Origin: Camelus ferus
Lineage: Eukaryota
Direction of reading: 5' to 3'
NCBI RefSeq assembly: GCF_009834535.1
Contig: NC_045697.1
Coordinates: 96,474,001-96,538,000, forward strand
Length of the DNA stretch: 64,000 bases
The position numbers and the translations under genes were made by a program. The notes under the pieces were generated by a model. It made no database searches. It was not told where the DNA came from and saw only the letters and a list, made by a program, of their open reading frames with translations. Of the stretch, positions 51,635 through 64,000 are shown piece after piece; position 1 is the stretch's first letter; each line of letters begins with the position of its first letter.

Positions 51635-52180
51635 CTGTTCTTCTCATTACTATTGTTGTATAACAAAATATCCACAAATTTCTGACATAAAATAACCATT
51701 TTATTCTCATAAATTCTGTGGGCCTGGAATTTAGACAAGAAACCAATGAAATCCCTGTTTCTTCCCTACCATGTCTGGAGCCTCACCTGGGAGTATATGA
51801 AATCTGAAATTATCTGGAGGCAGTTTTATTCATATGTTTAGTGCCCAGGTTATAATAATGCAAAGGTTTAACTCTGCTAGAAGTCTCAACAAGGCTATCT
51901 ATACAAGACTTTGCTATGTGGCTTGGATTCCTCACAGACTGTCAACTTCAAGGCAGTCAGATGTCTTACTTAGCAGCTGAGGGCTACAGCATAAATGTTA
52001 ATACAGATAAGATGGGAGCTGCATGGCCTTTTATGGCTAGCCTTGGAAGTCACACAGTGTAACTTCTGTCACACACTATTGCTTCAGACAGTTATAAGTC
52101 CACTCACTCACAAGGACAGGAGACACAGACATGGCCTTTCAATAACAGGAGAGCCAAAGTATTTAAAGCCATTTTTTAAA
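51635..52180 (-). mobile_element. MaLR LTR (MLT1H-J-like)
   Basis: 'ttctgtgggcctggaatttagac...atggctagccttggaagtcacacagtgtaacttctgtcacac'. Confidence 0.75.
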
Positions 52181-52869
52181 ATTCTACAATTTCTACATAG
52201 AATTGTTTTAGGTATTGCAGCCCTATGCTTTGGGAAATTGCCAGAACTAGTAGAATATTTAAAACTGACACAGAATCTCAGATCATCAAATTTCAATCTC
52301 CCATAGTTACATGTGAGAAAGCTAATGATTAGAGAAGCAAAATAACTCATCTTTGGGAAAAACATAGATGCTAGATAGACAGACAGACTGGGAGAGCAAA
52401 GACTATAAACCACATCTAATATTTTAAGAGCTACATCTTATTTGGATCTCACCGATGACATTATTAACATTTCTGATAGCTGAGTTGACTACAGTCATGA
52501 GGCTGACTGCATGGCACCATGGTGATGGCTTTCCTTCCACCAAGCCCATTTGTCACACAGCTTAGTCAGCCTCCCTGTGAAGAGATGACACCAAGCTGCC
52601 TGTTTGTTCTGTAAGATCTCTAGTGCAGGTGCTTATTAGACACTAAAGATACTTTAGCTCCTTAACATTATTTGGGCTATCAGCAAAGAGTATTAAGGAC
52701 TGGATATACTGTTCTGAAAAAAACAACTGTCCTAAACCTGAAACAAACAAAAATATAAGATATATAAACAAGGGTATCAAGATCTGCACAGGGTCTCCAC
52801 TCAAGTGTTCATCATAGTAGTGATCAGAACATGCCTGTGAGCAGATTGTGTGACTGAGGAAAGAGCCAT

Positions 52870-53495
52870 CCAAAAGCATTAGAGGAAAAGTATGTGGCCC
52901 TCACACAGGGCCAGGAGCAGTGCCCGTTCCCACCCACCAGGTTGGAAAACCTCATAATTCAAGGGGGTTTCGGTAGAATACACAGAACTGTCTTATCTAA
53001 GTCACGGCAAACAGTCAGCCCTAGATTAAATGCTCTTGTCGTCTTGCCTAACGAATCTTTACAAGCAAGACCTGAAATACTCAAACTGTTTCCAAGTAGC
53101 TTAATTGCGTACCAGACCGAGGCTTCAGAATATAGAAATACAAAAATATCCAGCACAAACAAGGCATAATATACAATGACTAGGATCCAGTAAAAAATTA
53201 CCAGGTACTTAAAGGCACAGGAAAATACAATCCTGATGAGGAGAAAAGTCAACCAGTTAAAATTTACACAGATGTTAGATTAGCAGGCATGGACATTAAA
53301 ATAAGTGTTAGATTATATTCCATGTGTTTTAAAACTCAAGTAGAGTCAAGTAAGATGTCAAAAGAAAATCTAAATTGAAATTCTTGGCGTGAACATGAAA
53401 ACTATAATACCTGAGGTGAAAAATACACTGAATTAGATTAAAAACAGACTCAATATTGCAGAAGAAAAGATTAGTAAACTTGAAGTAAAAGCAAT
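52870..53495 (+). mobile_element. Old L1 (L1MC/MD-type) 5' UTR to ORF1 start
   Basis: 'cagtcagccctagattaaatgct...aaaaaattaccagg...caggaaaatacaatcc...caatattgcagaagaaaagattagtaaacttgaag'. Confidence 0.7.
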
Positions 53496-54247
53496 GAATA
53501 GTATTTGCTATTGACTATTATGTTTGTCTCACCTGTGGACTTAAAAATAAGAATATTATATGTTTACAGGACCACTAGAAGAAATGAGTTTAGTTCCTAA
53601 AACATTACATGGAAGAAAGCTACAATAGACAAGAAAAACTACATTAAAGGCACACACAAGCACAATATAAATATATATTGTTAAACCGCTGAAATATTGT
53701 GATTTATTCATTTCAAAAGTTACCAGCTTTCTAGCTAACATGGCAGTAATATTTGTAACATTCTTAGAAATTTCATACTTTTTTCTAGAAACTTCAATTG
53801 AAATTGTATAATTTGCTCTGCAAATTTTACAGAAAAAAATTAAATCATGCAATATATTTTATATTAGACTTAACAATTTTGGATAACTAGCTCAATGATA
53901 TTATAAGAGCTACCAGAACCTGTATTAGATATAATGTGTATTAGTGAAGGAAAAGTTTTACTCTAATTCTGTATAGTTCTAAAATTCTTACTAACTAGAA
54001 ATAAAGACAGATGTATGGAAGAATACTTAAAATGTACTAAAATGAAGCACATGATTCTGGCATCAAACTGTGATCTTGCACAAGTTTTGTTTTTTTTTTT
54101 TTAATCTCCCTAAACTCATTTTTTGATCTAGACAAAGAGATACTATAAACATATGTATAAATAAACAAGAAAGGGATTCCATGCTTATGTAGCTCAAATG
54201 CAACCAGTCTTGAACATCAAGAAGACGGTAACCAGTAATAATGTTCA

Positions 54248-54660
54248 TTTATTCATTCAGTCCACCTGATTTGATTGTTTAGTTTAATGAGTGAAAATTG
54301 TTAGGCACCGTGATGTTTTCTGGGAAGCAACAAAGAGAAGATCATCTCTGTCCCTAAACAGCCATTAATCAATTGGCACTAATTCCAATACATGTATGCC
54401 CAGGGTGCAATGGGAGGGAGCATTCTGCGTGGGCAAGTATTTCAATCCTGGAATCAGAGTAGAGTTCAGAGAAAAGACAATAACTGAGCCTCAGCTTGAA
54501 GAAGGAGTAGTAGGAAGTTTTGTGAAACATCACAAGCATAGGCTACTTAGGTCAAAGATTTGAAATATGACCATATTGTGTTGAAGAACAGAAAGTTGTT
54601 TAGTTGTTTAACTAAAGCTTATGGATGAAATGGCAGGGAGTTAACCATAGATCATTGTGG
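54248..54660 (-). mobile_element. L2 3' end fragment
   Basis: 'tttattcattcag...gttaggcaccgtg...actgagcctcagcttgaagaaggagtag'. Confidence 0.55.
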
Positions 54661-57600
54661 GCATGTGTGGCCACCTCGAGTCTGGGGGAAGATGTAGACC
54701 TTTTCTTTGTAACCTGTAATTCTGCTGTCCACGTATATCATTTAATCTTATCGTGACAGCTGTATTTTTCACAAATCCTATTTATTTTGTGATCTACTAA
54801 AATCTATAGGTCATGCTGAGCACAATGATGATTTCTTTCCCCAAGACCTTAGACTCCCAGTGAAGGAGTGAATTTGCAAAATAGTCCATACTTCCCACTG
54901 TAGTGAACTATGATTGATGTGTATATCATACACCTTAATGTTAACAAAGTAATCGACAAAATAGGTAAATACATTTAATAACTAGGTATACTATATAATA
55001 TATATATCACTCTCTAATAAAGTTGTGGCCAACCCATTGTTTAAATTCCAAATTAATACAAATAATGAACAAGTTAAATTAATTCAAGATTTCTCTGCTA
55101 TTTCTCATCTTCCTTACATACTCAGGCATCCTAAGCAAGCAGAAATATGTCTGTTAAGTCTATCTGTAAAATCAAGTTTTGCCCTGATTTCATCTCTGAA
55201 TAAGTTTTTTATCTGTTCTCAGCACTTTGGGATTTCAATGGGACTTGCCTTTAGATAAAAACTGTATTATAAAAGCTGTAAATAACTGCATTGTAAACAA
55301 AAGTTGAAATAGGAAAAAGTCTCTTACAGGAAGACAATATCTAGTTTAACCTGATAAAGTGTATTAATATATTGGGAAATAATGTATCATGCACATAGTT
55401 TAGTCAGACTTGCAGACATAAGTGTAGACTACTGAAATCAAAACTGTTACCATCCACACAAATACTACCCTGGATAAAGTGAGCATAAATGAACAGAATT
55501 TAAGTATCTCATTCTCTTTAGACATATCCTAGTCTGATGTCATTAAAATATTGACTTATTCAGCTCCTGTTATGTAATTCAGTGTTCAGCAAGCAATGTT
55601 ATCATTTTAAAATAGTTCTCCCATGTTGATTTGTCCTGAGAGAGAGAGAGAGAGAAATGAATACTGGTCATGTGACCATTGTTTCTGGTCCAAGTACAGT
55701 TTTATTTATCCAGGTATGATAGTAAACTGAAATTCTGATTTTATTTATTAAAGGATATAGTACATATGCCCCTCCCTCAAGAAGGAGCTCACTCTTCTGT
55801 CTGCACACAAAACAGAGTTCTCAGCAGGCATACAGGGCACACTTGAATCTTGGTAAGCACATCATAATAACTTAGCCTCCATAATTCTCTTAGGAAGTAA
55901 CCATCTTTCCTTGGCACCATATGCCTGTTTAAATTGAAAATTCTATAGCACTTAAAATATTATCTAAATCTACTGTTTGTCTATCCCTTTTGCCCACCAG
56001 TTTGTAAGTTACACCTTCCCTTTCATATTCTTACCAATTACTGGTACCCCGTCGTCATTAGTTCATGGCTGTCTCATCAAACACAGCTAGATTAAATACA
56101 GCCCTTTTACTGAGGACTTGTTTTATTGTTGTTGTTGTTAAATCTTTAACCAAAAGGTATTTTTTTAATTCCAATTTTCACTCTGCTCTTATCGAATACT
56201 TTATTTATAGATGCTTGTTACTCAGTTATCTTGGCCTGGCCACATTCTTGTTACCTTCTCTAGATTTATAACTAATAGATTATAATGGTATTTTTTTTTA
56301 AATTTGAGAGACAGATCATAAGACAAAATAATGAGATTCTACATAAGAACTTAGCTTTGCATATATAAAAAAATTGTCATTGCTAGTAGATGTAACACAT
56401 TGCCATCAATATTCTAAGCTATTTTATTCTACTCAAATTTTTGTATTGATATTCACATTATGTGCATAAAGAAATTCATGGTACCCTTGTTTGCAATGCC
56501 AAAAAAACTCCAAAACTTAAATAGTGAGATCAATATACTATATCCATGGAATGAGATTTTATACATCCATTAAAAAGAATAAAGTGCACCTAAAGGGAAA
56601 AATGTGGACATAGAAAAGATGTTAAAGATACATGTTTAAAAAAAATCACATTGCTAAATAATAAATTTAAACTATGTAAAAGAAGGATACTAGTCCATTC
56701 ATGTAGTCTTCCTAGAAACATATTTGATATAAATAATCATGATCATGGTATGTACTATGTGTTGTATTCATCTTTACAACGATGCCATTGCTAACAGTAA
56801 CACCGTGTCTTCATTATAAAATTTAATTCAAAATGTTTCCACTGGCCATTGGAATTTTCCTTTTACCTATAAAAAATAATTTGATTTCTTCAGTTTTAAT
56901 CAAACCTAAAAAATGTTTTGTTTGGCCAGATGCATGAAAAGAAGAAGAATATGAGTATCTTTAGAAAGTTTCCCACAGTAGCTACCACTTTCTGTTTCTG
57001 CTCACCTGGACTCTAAGTCATCTTGTTTTTGATGCCCTCTTTTGAGTCAAGGAAATCACTGTATTTATATACCTTGAAATATAAAGAAACATAGTCATAT
57101 TCTTTGAAATACCTTTTGTTACCAAGTGATATTTTTTGTTTTGAGGCTTGGATCAGTAAAATACTGCTTAAAATTTGAGGTAGATATTCTTGGAAGATTC
57201 AAGGTCTATCAAACTGTCACTGAAGGCTACTAATGTGAACACATCAACTTCCAAAAAGCTGGAGGTTTTTCTGCAGTAACTAAAATCAGCATAAAACAAT
57301 ATTCTCATTATTAATGTTCAGGGTCATATAACAACTGTCCTGAAATTTTGTCTTCTATATGGTTTTAAAAGCACTAACCTCCCAATATGAACTCTTTTTT
57401 TCCCTTCTAATTGCTTCTTTTCAAAATTCTGTAGAGTTACATAGAGTATACACTGGTATCAATTATTAAAGTGCATATAATTGTGTTCAATATTTCATTA
57501 TAATTATAATAAGCTCAACACTTTTAAATTCCAAAGTTATAAATGGAAAGTTTAATTACCGTGATATTTAAAATTGGACACATGGCTTCTTCATCTCTCA

Positions 57601-58529
57601 TCATGATTATTAATCAGAGTATTTATCCTATAACGCATCTATTTGCCTAAGTCCATGTAATTTAATGTAAAACTTTAAAATAATACTATATTTTGAAAAT
57701 AATTGTGTGTGTCCTTGAACCTGGAAAGAAACTAAAATAAAATATTCAAAAAATAGTTTTGTAATGAATTTAATTGATGGAACTATTTTTGAGACAATTT
57801 CACAGGTGTTCAAGCAAGAGCGTCCCCACAATATAACATTTCCATAAGTAAAAGTAGCCTCAGTGATCTTCATTTTTAAAGTTAATAATTTTTTAAAGTT
57901 AATAAACTTTACTAAGAACCAATTTTACACTTTAGGATTGGTTTAAATATTATAAAAAAATTGAAAATGGTAAAAGTAATGTCATATTTAATATTTTTAT
58001 AAATCTAGCTTATCCTACAGATATTCTTTACCATGACTTGATTCCCACCTTTCTGTTATGATTTACATTTCCTGAAATACAATTTTTTTTATCCTAAAAA
58101 AAATCACCTGTTCTTTTAACACTGAATAGGTTCTGCAGCTTAGTTAACAAAGTACTCAATTGTATGCTTTACATTGCTCTTCAGTAGGCTTGAAGGTGTT
58201 TAAGGACAACATTCATGCATACTGAAACCATGAAACTGTCCTCTACTATACACTGTATTGTACTGTGCTAGGATAACAAAAGAGAAAATAAAAACAAACT
58301 GTTAAAATATGTCTTCATTTTATTTTCCTCTCAAGGTACGTAATAATATAGTGTTTAAAAGGACAGAAGCTAACTGTCCATCTTAGAGGATCATGTAAAA
58401 TGAGTAGGATAAAGAACAAAGCAATTAAAATTAGGATAAACTCTGATCAAAGTTTCTAATAAAATAACGATATCAGTATGCATTTATTTATTGTTTGCAA
58501 GAATGACTTAGAATTTTTACATACATTCG

Positions 58530-58700
58530 TTCATTCATCATTACACTATCCGTATTAGACAGATATTATTATTTCCATTTTACAAATGCGCTACAGAAAT
58601 GTTTAATGACTATACCAAGTTCTAACTACTAGCAAGTGGTACAGCTGAGATTCTGAACCTGAGAATTGACTGCAAAGCCAGGAGTATCTCAAATAGTAGT
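58530..58700 (-). mobile_element. MIR SINE fragment
   Basis: 'tattattatttccattttacaaatg...taatgactataccaag...actagcaagtggtacagctgagattctgaacc'. Confidence 0.7.
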
Positions 58701-58936
58701 AAATTTCTTTTACTTACCATTCATTTACTACCTTTTGAATTTACTTTGAATTTAGATGATTTGGAAATTTAGATACTTTTCTGAATGTTTAATCTATGCA
58801 AAATCATATTCTGAAAAACATTTTTTGGAGGTAAATATGTGAAATACTATTTTTTCATCAGTTTTGAACACTGCATTTTAACACAGCATACAAACTTAAA
58901 GAGGTATTTTATTTTTGCTCTTAAAAGTTTTTGAAA

Positions 58937-60110
58937 ATTTTATTTCTACACTATTTCTAAAGGTTACTTTCTATTAACAATTATTACAAAATATTGGCTG
59001 TATTCCCCATGTGTATAGTACATCCTTGAGCTGATCTTACACCCAGTAGTTTATATGTTCCACTCTCCAACCCCTGTATTGCCCCTCCTCCTCCCACCAC
59101 CAGAAACCACTAGTTTGTTCTCTGTATCTGTGAGTCTGCTTCTTTTTTGTTATATTCACTAGTTTGTTGTATTTTTAGATTCCACATGAGTGATATCACA
59201 CAGTATTTGTCTTTCTCTTTCTGACTTATTTCAATTAGCATAATGCTCTCCAAGTCCATCCATGTTGCTGCAAATGGCAAAATTTGTTCTGTTTATGGCT
59301 GAGTAGTATTCCATAGTGTATATGTGTATTTATATATACCACATCTTCTTTATCTGTGCATCTGTTGATGGATACTTAGGTTGCTTCCATACCTTGGCAA
59401 TTATAAATAATGTGGCTATGAATATTGGGGTGCATGTATCTTTTCAAATTAGTGTTTTGTTTCTTTCATATATGTGCCAAGGAATAGAACTGCTGGGTCA
59501 TATGGTAGTTTTATTTTCAGGTTTTTTGGAGAAACTTCCATACTATTTTCCACAGTGGCTGTACGTATTCACATTTCCACCAACAGGGTTCCCTTTTCTC
59601 AACATCTTCACTAACATTTGTTATTTGTGTTCTTTTTGATGATAGCCATTCTCACAGGTGTGAGGTGATATCTCATTGTGGTTTTGATTTGAATTTCCCT
59701 GATAATTAGCAATGTTGAGCATCTTTTCATGTGCCTGTTGGACAACTGCATTTACTCTTTGGAAAAATGTCTATTCAGTTCTGCTGTCCATTTGTTAACC
59801 AGATTTCTTTCTTTCTTTTTCTTTTTCTTTTCCTTTTTTTTTTTTTTATATCGAGTTGTAGGAACTATTTCTTTGTCATATCATTTGCTTCTTCCATTCA
59901 GTAGATTGTCTTTTCATTTTGTCAATGGTTTCCCTTGCTGTGCAAAAGCTTTTACATTTAATTAGGTCCCATTTATTTATTTTTGCTTTTATTTCCTTTA
60001 TCTTAGGAGATAGATCCAAAAAAAATATTGCTGTGATTTATGTCAGAGTGTTCTGTTTTCCTCTAGGAGTTTCATAGTATCTGGTCTTACATTTAGGTCT
60101 TCAATCCATA
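58937..60110 (-). mobile_element. 5'-truncated L1 (ORF2 end plus 3' UTR)
   Basis: Antisense L1 text collinear with 25808-26826; 15-bp TSD with one mismatch, taaaagtttttgaaa (58922-58936) / taaaagttttttaaa (60111-60125). Confidence 0.92.
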
Positions 60111-60120
60111 TAAAAGTTTT

Positions 60121-60912
60121 TTAAACACAGATGTATTGCAGTGTAAGGGGCATACATACAGTAAATTGTAAATAAAGTGTATAATTTGATAAATTGTGAC
60201 ATATCACAAAATAAAGATAATAAAAATATCCATCACTCCCCCGAAAGTACTGCTGCCCCGTTGTAATCCTTCTACACCAGTCCTGACTGCCTTACGCCAC
60301 CGTTCTCAGGTAACCACTAATCTACTCTCTATCATCGTAGATTTGTTTGGACTTCCTAGAATTTTATGTGAATGGAATCATTTAGTAAGTACTATTTTAT
60401 TGTCTGTATTCTTCCTCTCAGTATGGTGATTTAGGGATTCATCCATATTGTGTATATAAATAATTCATTCCTGTTGTTTCTGTGTAGTATTTCATTGTGT
60501 GAATATACCAAAATGTGTCTGTCCATTCACCTGTTGAAGGACTTAGGGATTGTTTCAGGTTTTAGACTATTACATATAGTTCATTCAGTTGCTATAAACA
60601 TTTGTGTCGAAGTCTTTCTATGGACATATGCTTTCATTTCTTTTGGGAAATACCTGGGAAAGGAATGGCTGAATCATATGGTAGGTTTATAGTTAATCTC
60701 CAAAGTGATTTTTGCCAAAATATTTTCCAAAATGGTACCATTTTACATGAAATTTCCAGTATTTCCACATTTTAACCAACATTTGTTATGGTTAATCTTT
60801 GTAATATTAGCTATTATAATAGGTGAACAGTGGTACGTCACTGTGATTTTACTTTTCATTTCTTTATGAGCAATGATGTTGAGCTTTCTTCATGTGCTTA
60901 TTTGCCATCTGT
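60121..60912 (-). mobile_element. Older L1 (L1MB/MC-type) 3' end
   Basis: 'caggtaaccactaatctactctctatca...gaattttatgtgaatggaatcat...tccattcacctgttgaaggac...aatgatgttgagctttcttcatgtgcttatttgccatctg'. Confidence 0.85.
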
Positions 60913-61499
60913 GTAACCAGAAAGCTCTGGGTCCTCAGAGATTCAAGCATCCCTGAGAAAGTGACTGACTTGGCATTGTGTTAATGCTCTTGGGCATCCT
61001 GAACCCCCTGAGGTCCAGGAGGAGCTAAACAGGTGTGCTGACTCTTGTTCTAAGACTGAAGGGCAGTAGGGGCCAGGATACTTTCTCCAGGTGTCACATC
61101 CACAGAATGGAAACTTGCCTAAATTCTATTACCAAGTAACTATGCCTGGTGCTAAACAGTTTTGAGAGTATACTATCATTTGAGGGAAAAGGATAAAAAC
61201 TGACTACAAATTTTTATTTTTAAAATATGCAGAAAAATCTTTATAATCATGCATAAGAAATTAACAAATATCTTCTTATATAAAATAAAAATGGTAACTA
61301 GACAGAGTGTAGGATTTTTAACTGCAGTTTTTCACTTGGTTTTTGACTCATACAAAGCTACTATTTATTAAAAATAAAACAAGCAAAACTAAATGAAATA
61401 TAAGAAAATGGAAATAGAAACCATTTTGTGTGTGTGTGGCATTGTCAATTACCCATTATTTTTATGCTAATGTACTATAGTTTCTATTAGAATTTTTTA

Positions 61500-62950
61500 A
61501 CCAATTTTGATTGGAAAGATAAATGTAATAAATAGTCTTGATATTTACATGTGGAATAATATATGCCCAAGAATAGCTAAAGAATTATTTTAAAAGTGGA
61601 AGAATTATGGGACAGTTTCTATACAAGATATCAGATAAAACTAGAAGCCACCCACTCAGATCATTATACAGCAGAATAAAAAATGCAGTATCTGTGGAAT
61701 TTAATGACCACAGGATAACTTCACTTGGAGGGAAAGGATGGATTATTTACATTCTCACCATCAGGGTAAAAGAGATGCAGTTCCTTCACATTCTCACCAG
61801 CACTTGGTATAGCTAGACTTTTTAATTTTGCAAAACTGGTTATCTGACTAGAAAAAAAAAAAAAAGAATATGAAAACTTCCGTATATAGCATGCAAAAAA
61901 TGCACTACAGACATAATATGGACTTTAATTTTAAAAATCGTGAATCAGAAGCTTGATACTGTATCAGCCAAAATCTAGAGACAGCAATTGTTTTAACCAA
62001 GTGTGGAATTCCATATAAGAAAACACATATTAGACCATATAAAATGTTGTATAAAAGACTTTTTTAAGTAATATGTGCCATTACTAAAGTAAGCAGTCAA
62101 AAAATTTCTTAAATAATTGCCATGTACATGGTAGAAAAAGGGTTAATGTGTATAATATTCCCAGAACTAATACAAATTGATAAATGGAAAAATAATATCA
62201 AAACAGAAAAAAATCTGTTAACTGAACATTCACAGAAGAGCAAGTATTGAAAGCCAATAAACGCATAAAGTTTGCATATTTATGCATAAAATACTCAAAC
62301 TCACAAGTAGCCAAAGAATGACTGTTTAATACTAACATATTTATAGGATAATGACATATCACTCAGCACCCATCAGAAAGGCAAAAGTTAAAATGGGTTA
62401 TAACATCTGTTGCTGTCAGGGATTTAAGGAGAAAGAAATACTCTCACTTAAGTCTGTGGGGAATACAAAATGTTACAGGCATCTTGGATGTAATGGGGCA
62501 ATATGAAATTAAGAATACTAAGAATTAATACTTTTAATTAAGAAATTAAAAACCTTTGATTCAGAAAAACATGTAGTATGCAAGGACATACATATAAGAA
62601 CGTTTGCTCATAGCAGAGAACAAAGATAAATATATAATCATGAGAAAATATTTTAATAAAGCACATCCATGCCGTGGAATACCATGTAGCCATTGTAAGC
62701 AATGATCGATAGATGTGCTAATTTACTTGGATAAATTTCTATTTTATAAAAGGCGGTTGATACAGATATATGAAGGGAGGTATTATTTTTGAAAAGCAAA
62801 AGGAAACATTTAAGCCCTATATTCAGATAAGTGAATATATTATAATAATATAAATATCAACTATAGTATAAATGTTTTTTATATAATTACATGAACTTAA
62901 ATAAAATTACATTATTCTGAATACTGAATTGCCACTATGGACTATTTTGG
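61500..62950 (+). mobile_element. Ancient L1ME-type ORF2 3' region, with a short antisense L1 piece at ~61740-61845
   Basis: 'cccaagaatagctaaagaattatt', 'cattcacagaagag', 'cacccatcagaaaggcaaaagttaaaa', 'catccatgccgtggaataccatgtagccatt'. Confidence 0.6.
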
Positions 62951-64000
62951 GAGATATAATGATGTAAAAAAGATACTGAAGTTAAAAATATGCATCACAT
63001 TATAAATTTATATAAAATTATGTATTGACATTCATAGTGGACTTTCAAAGTAAAACAGCCAATGAATATCTTAGTTCATTTCAAACCAGAGAGTTCTAGA
63101 AATCCATTATGTACTCTTCTGATAAAATGAACATTAAAGTATTGAGGGAAATACCAGACAAGCAGAAAAATTCAACTAAATGAAAATCAAATTTCTTCAC
63201 TAAATTAGAGTTCACTAGTTTTTTTTTTCCTATTTCTGAATACAATAGCTAAACCAATTTTAAAATTTATAAAAGGCATTATCTTTTCTGCCTTTTCAAA
63301 AGATTACTTGTTCCTAATTATGGCTAAACATGTTCACATCTGCCTTAAAATAGCCCCTTATTGTAGCAATTAAGTTAACATACAAAAATTGTTTCTGCTA
63401 ATAAGAGAGATTTGATTTAGATGTCTTTTACCAATATGCATCCAAACATTAAACAACAAGTGAACTTTAAATACTAGATCTCATAATATATGTTACAAAA
63501 TATTTTGGGAAAATAATCTCTCTTATACTTGCATCAATGTTTTGAATAATAATAGATGTTTCCCCAGATCTACTTTTCGTTCCACAAGTTTTTAAAAGAG
63601 AAGTCTTTCTTTAATTCTATACACTTGGATTAACAGAAGCAATCTAATGCATGTTAACCTAATGAAAGAGAAGTAGTGAATCAAACCACATTTATTTCAG
63701 TTCACTTGTTCACAGGCTCACTCATCTGTGAAATCTAATGAAACGCTTCTGGAATGAAAGGGATAAAGACACAGAAGCTGTAAAAAAAATTTGTGGGAAA
63801 ATCTGAATTTGAGGAAATAAAATAAGGGTTTATGGAAGCTGATACTTCTGTAAGAAAACTTTCTAACAATGAATTCTACTGAATTTAGTGCACATTATTT
63901 CATAAAATTGAATTGCTTGCCCAATCAATTTGATCGACTATCTGAAACCATGTTTCATTGTTAACAAAATTTAGAAATGCTTACCATGGGCTACACTTAT

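Noticed and set aside
59316..60692. Series of plus-strand ORFs
   Set aside because: All lie in antisense L1 3' regions.
60913..61097. Short TG...CA-bounded GC-richer segment as an LTR
   Set aside because: Too short, with no TSD or family match I can support.
1..64000. CRISPR-like arrays, tRNA/rRNA/snRNA genes, processed pseudogenes, NUMTs, CpG-island promoter
   Set aside because: None seen on reading both strands; small or highly diverged ncRNAs could be missed without an Infernal/Rfam search.

Overview
This is AT-rich mammalian genomic DNA, intergenic or deep intronic, with no recognisable protein-coding gene, RNA gene, CpG island or CRISPR-like array. The youngest L1 3' ends (e.g. ...tgtatgactgaactattatgc...ccagaaattggcacaacattgtaaact...cttcaatt-polyA at 4408-4575) resemble cetartiodactyl L1 tails and most suggest a camelid; this comes from recalled consensus sequences, not a search. 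By eye, roughly half the window is transposon relics: L1 of several ages, L2, MIR, MaLR (MLT1) LTRs, ERV1 solo LTRs (MER34-like, MER21-like and younger ones) and a MER58-like DNA transposon. Every ORF I can recognise is degenerate L1 ORF2 or antisense L1; the rest look like chance ORFs. I found no evidence of a new biological system. The real structure is retrotransposition mechanics visible in the sequence: two twin-primed 5'-inverted L1s with junction duplications, TSD-bounded nested insertions up to three layers deep, a ~40-bp L1 tip insertion, a microhomology deletion and an orphan internal L1 ORF2 piece. There are also a few repeat-free blocks that may be conserved regulatory elements and weak minus-strand exon candidates. 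Family names are from memory, and boundaries without a TSD are approximate (about +/-30 bp or more).
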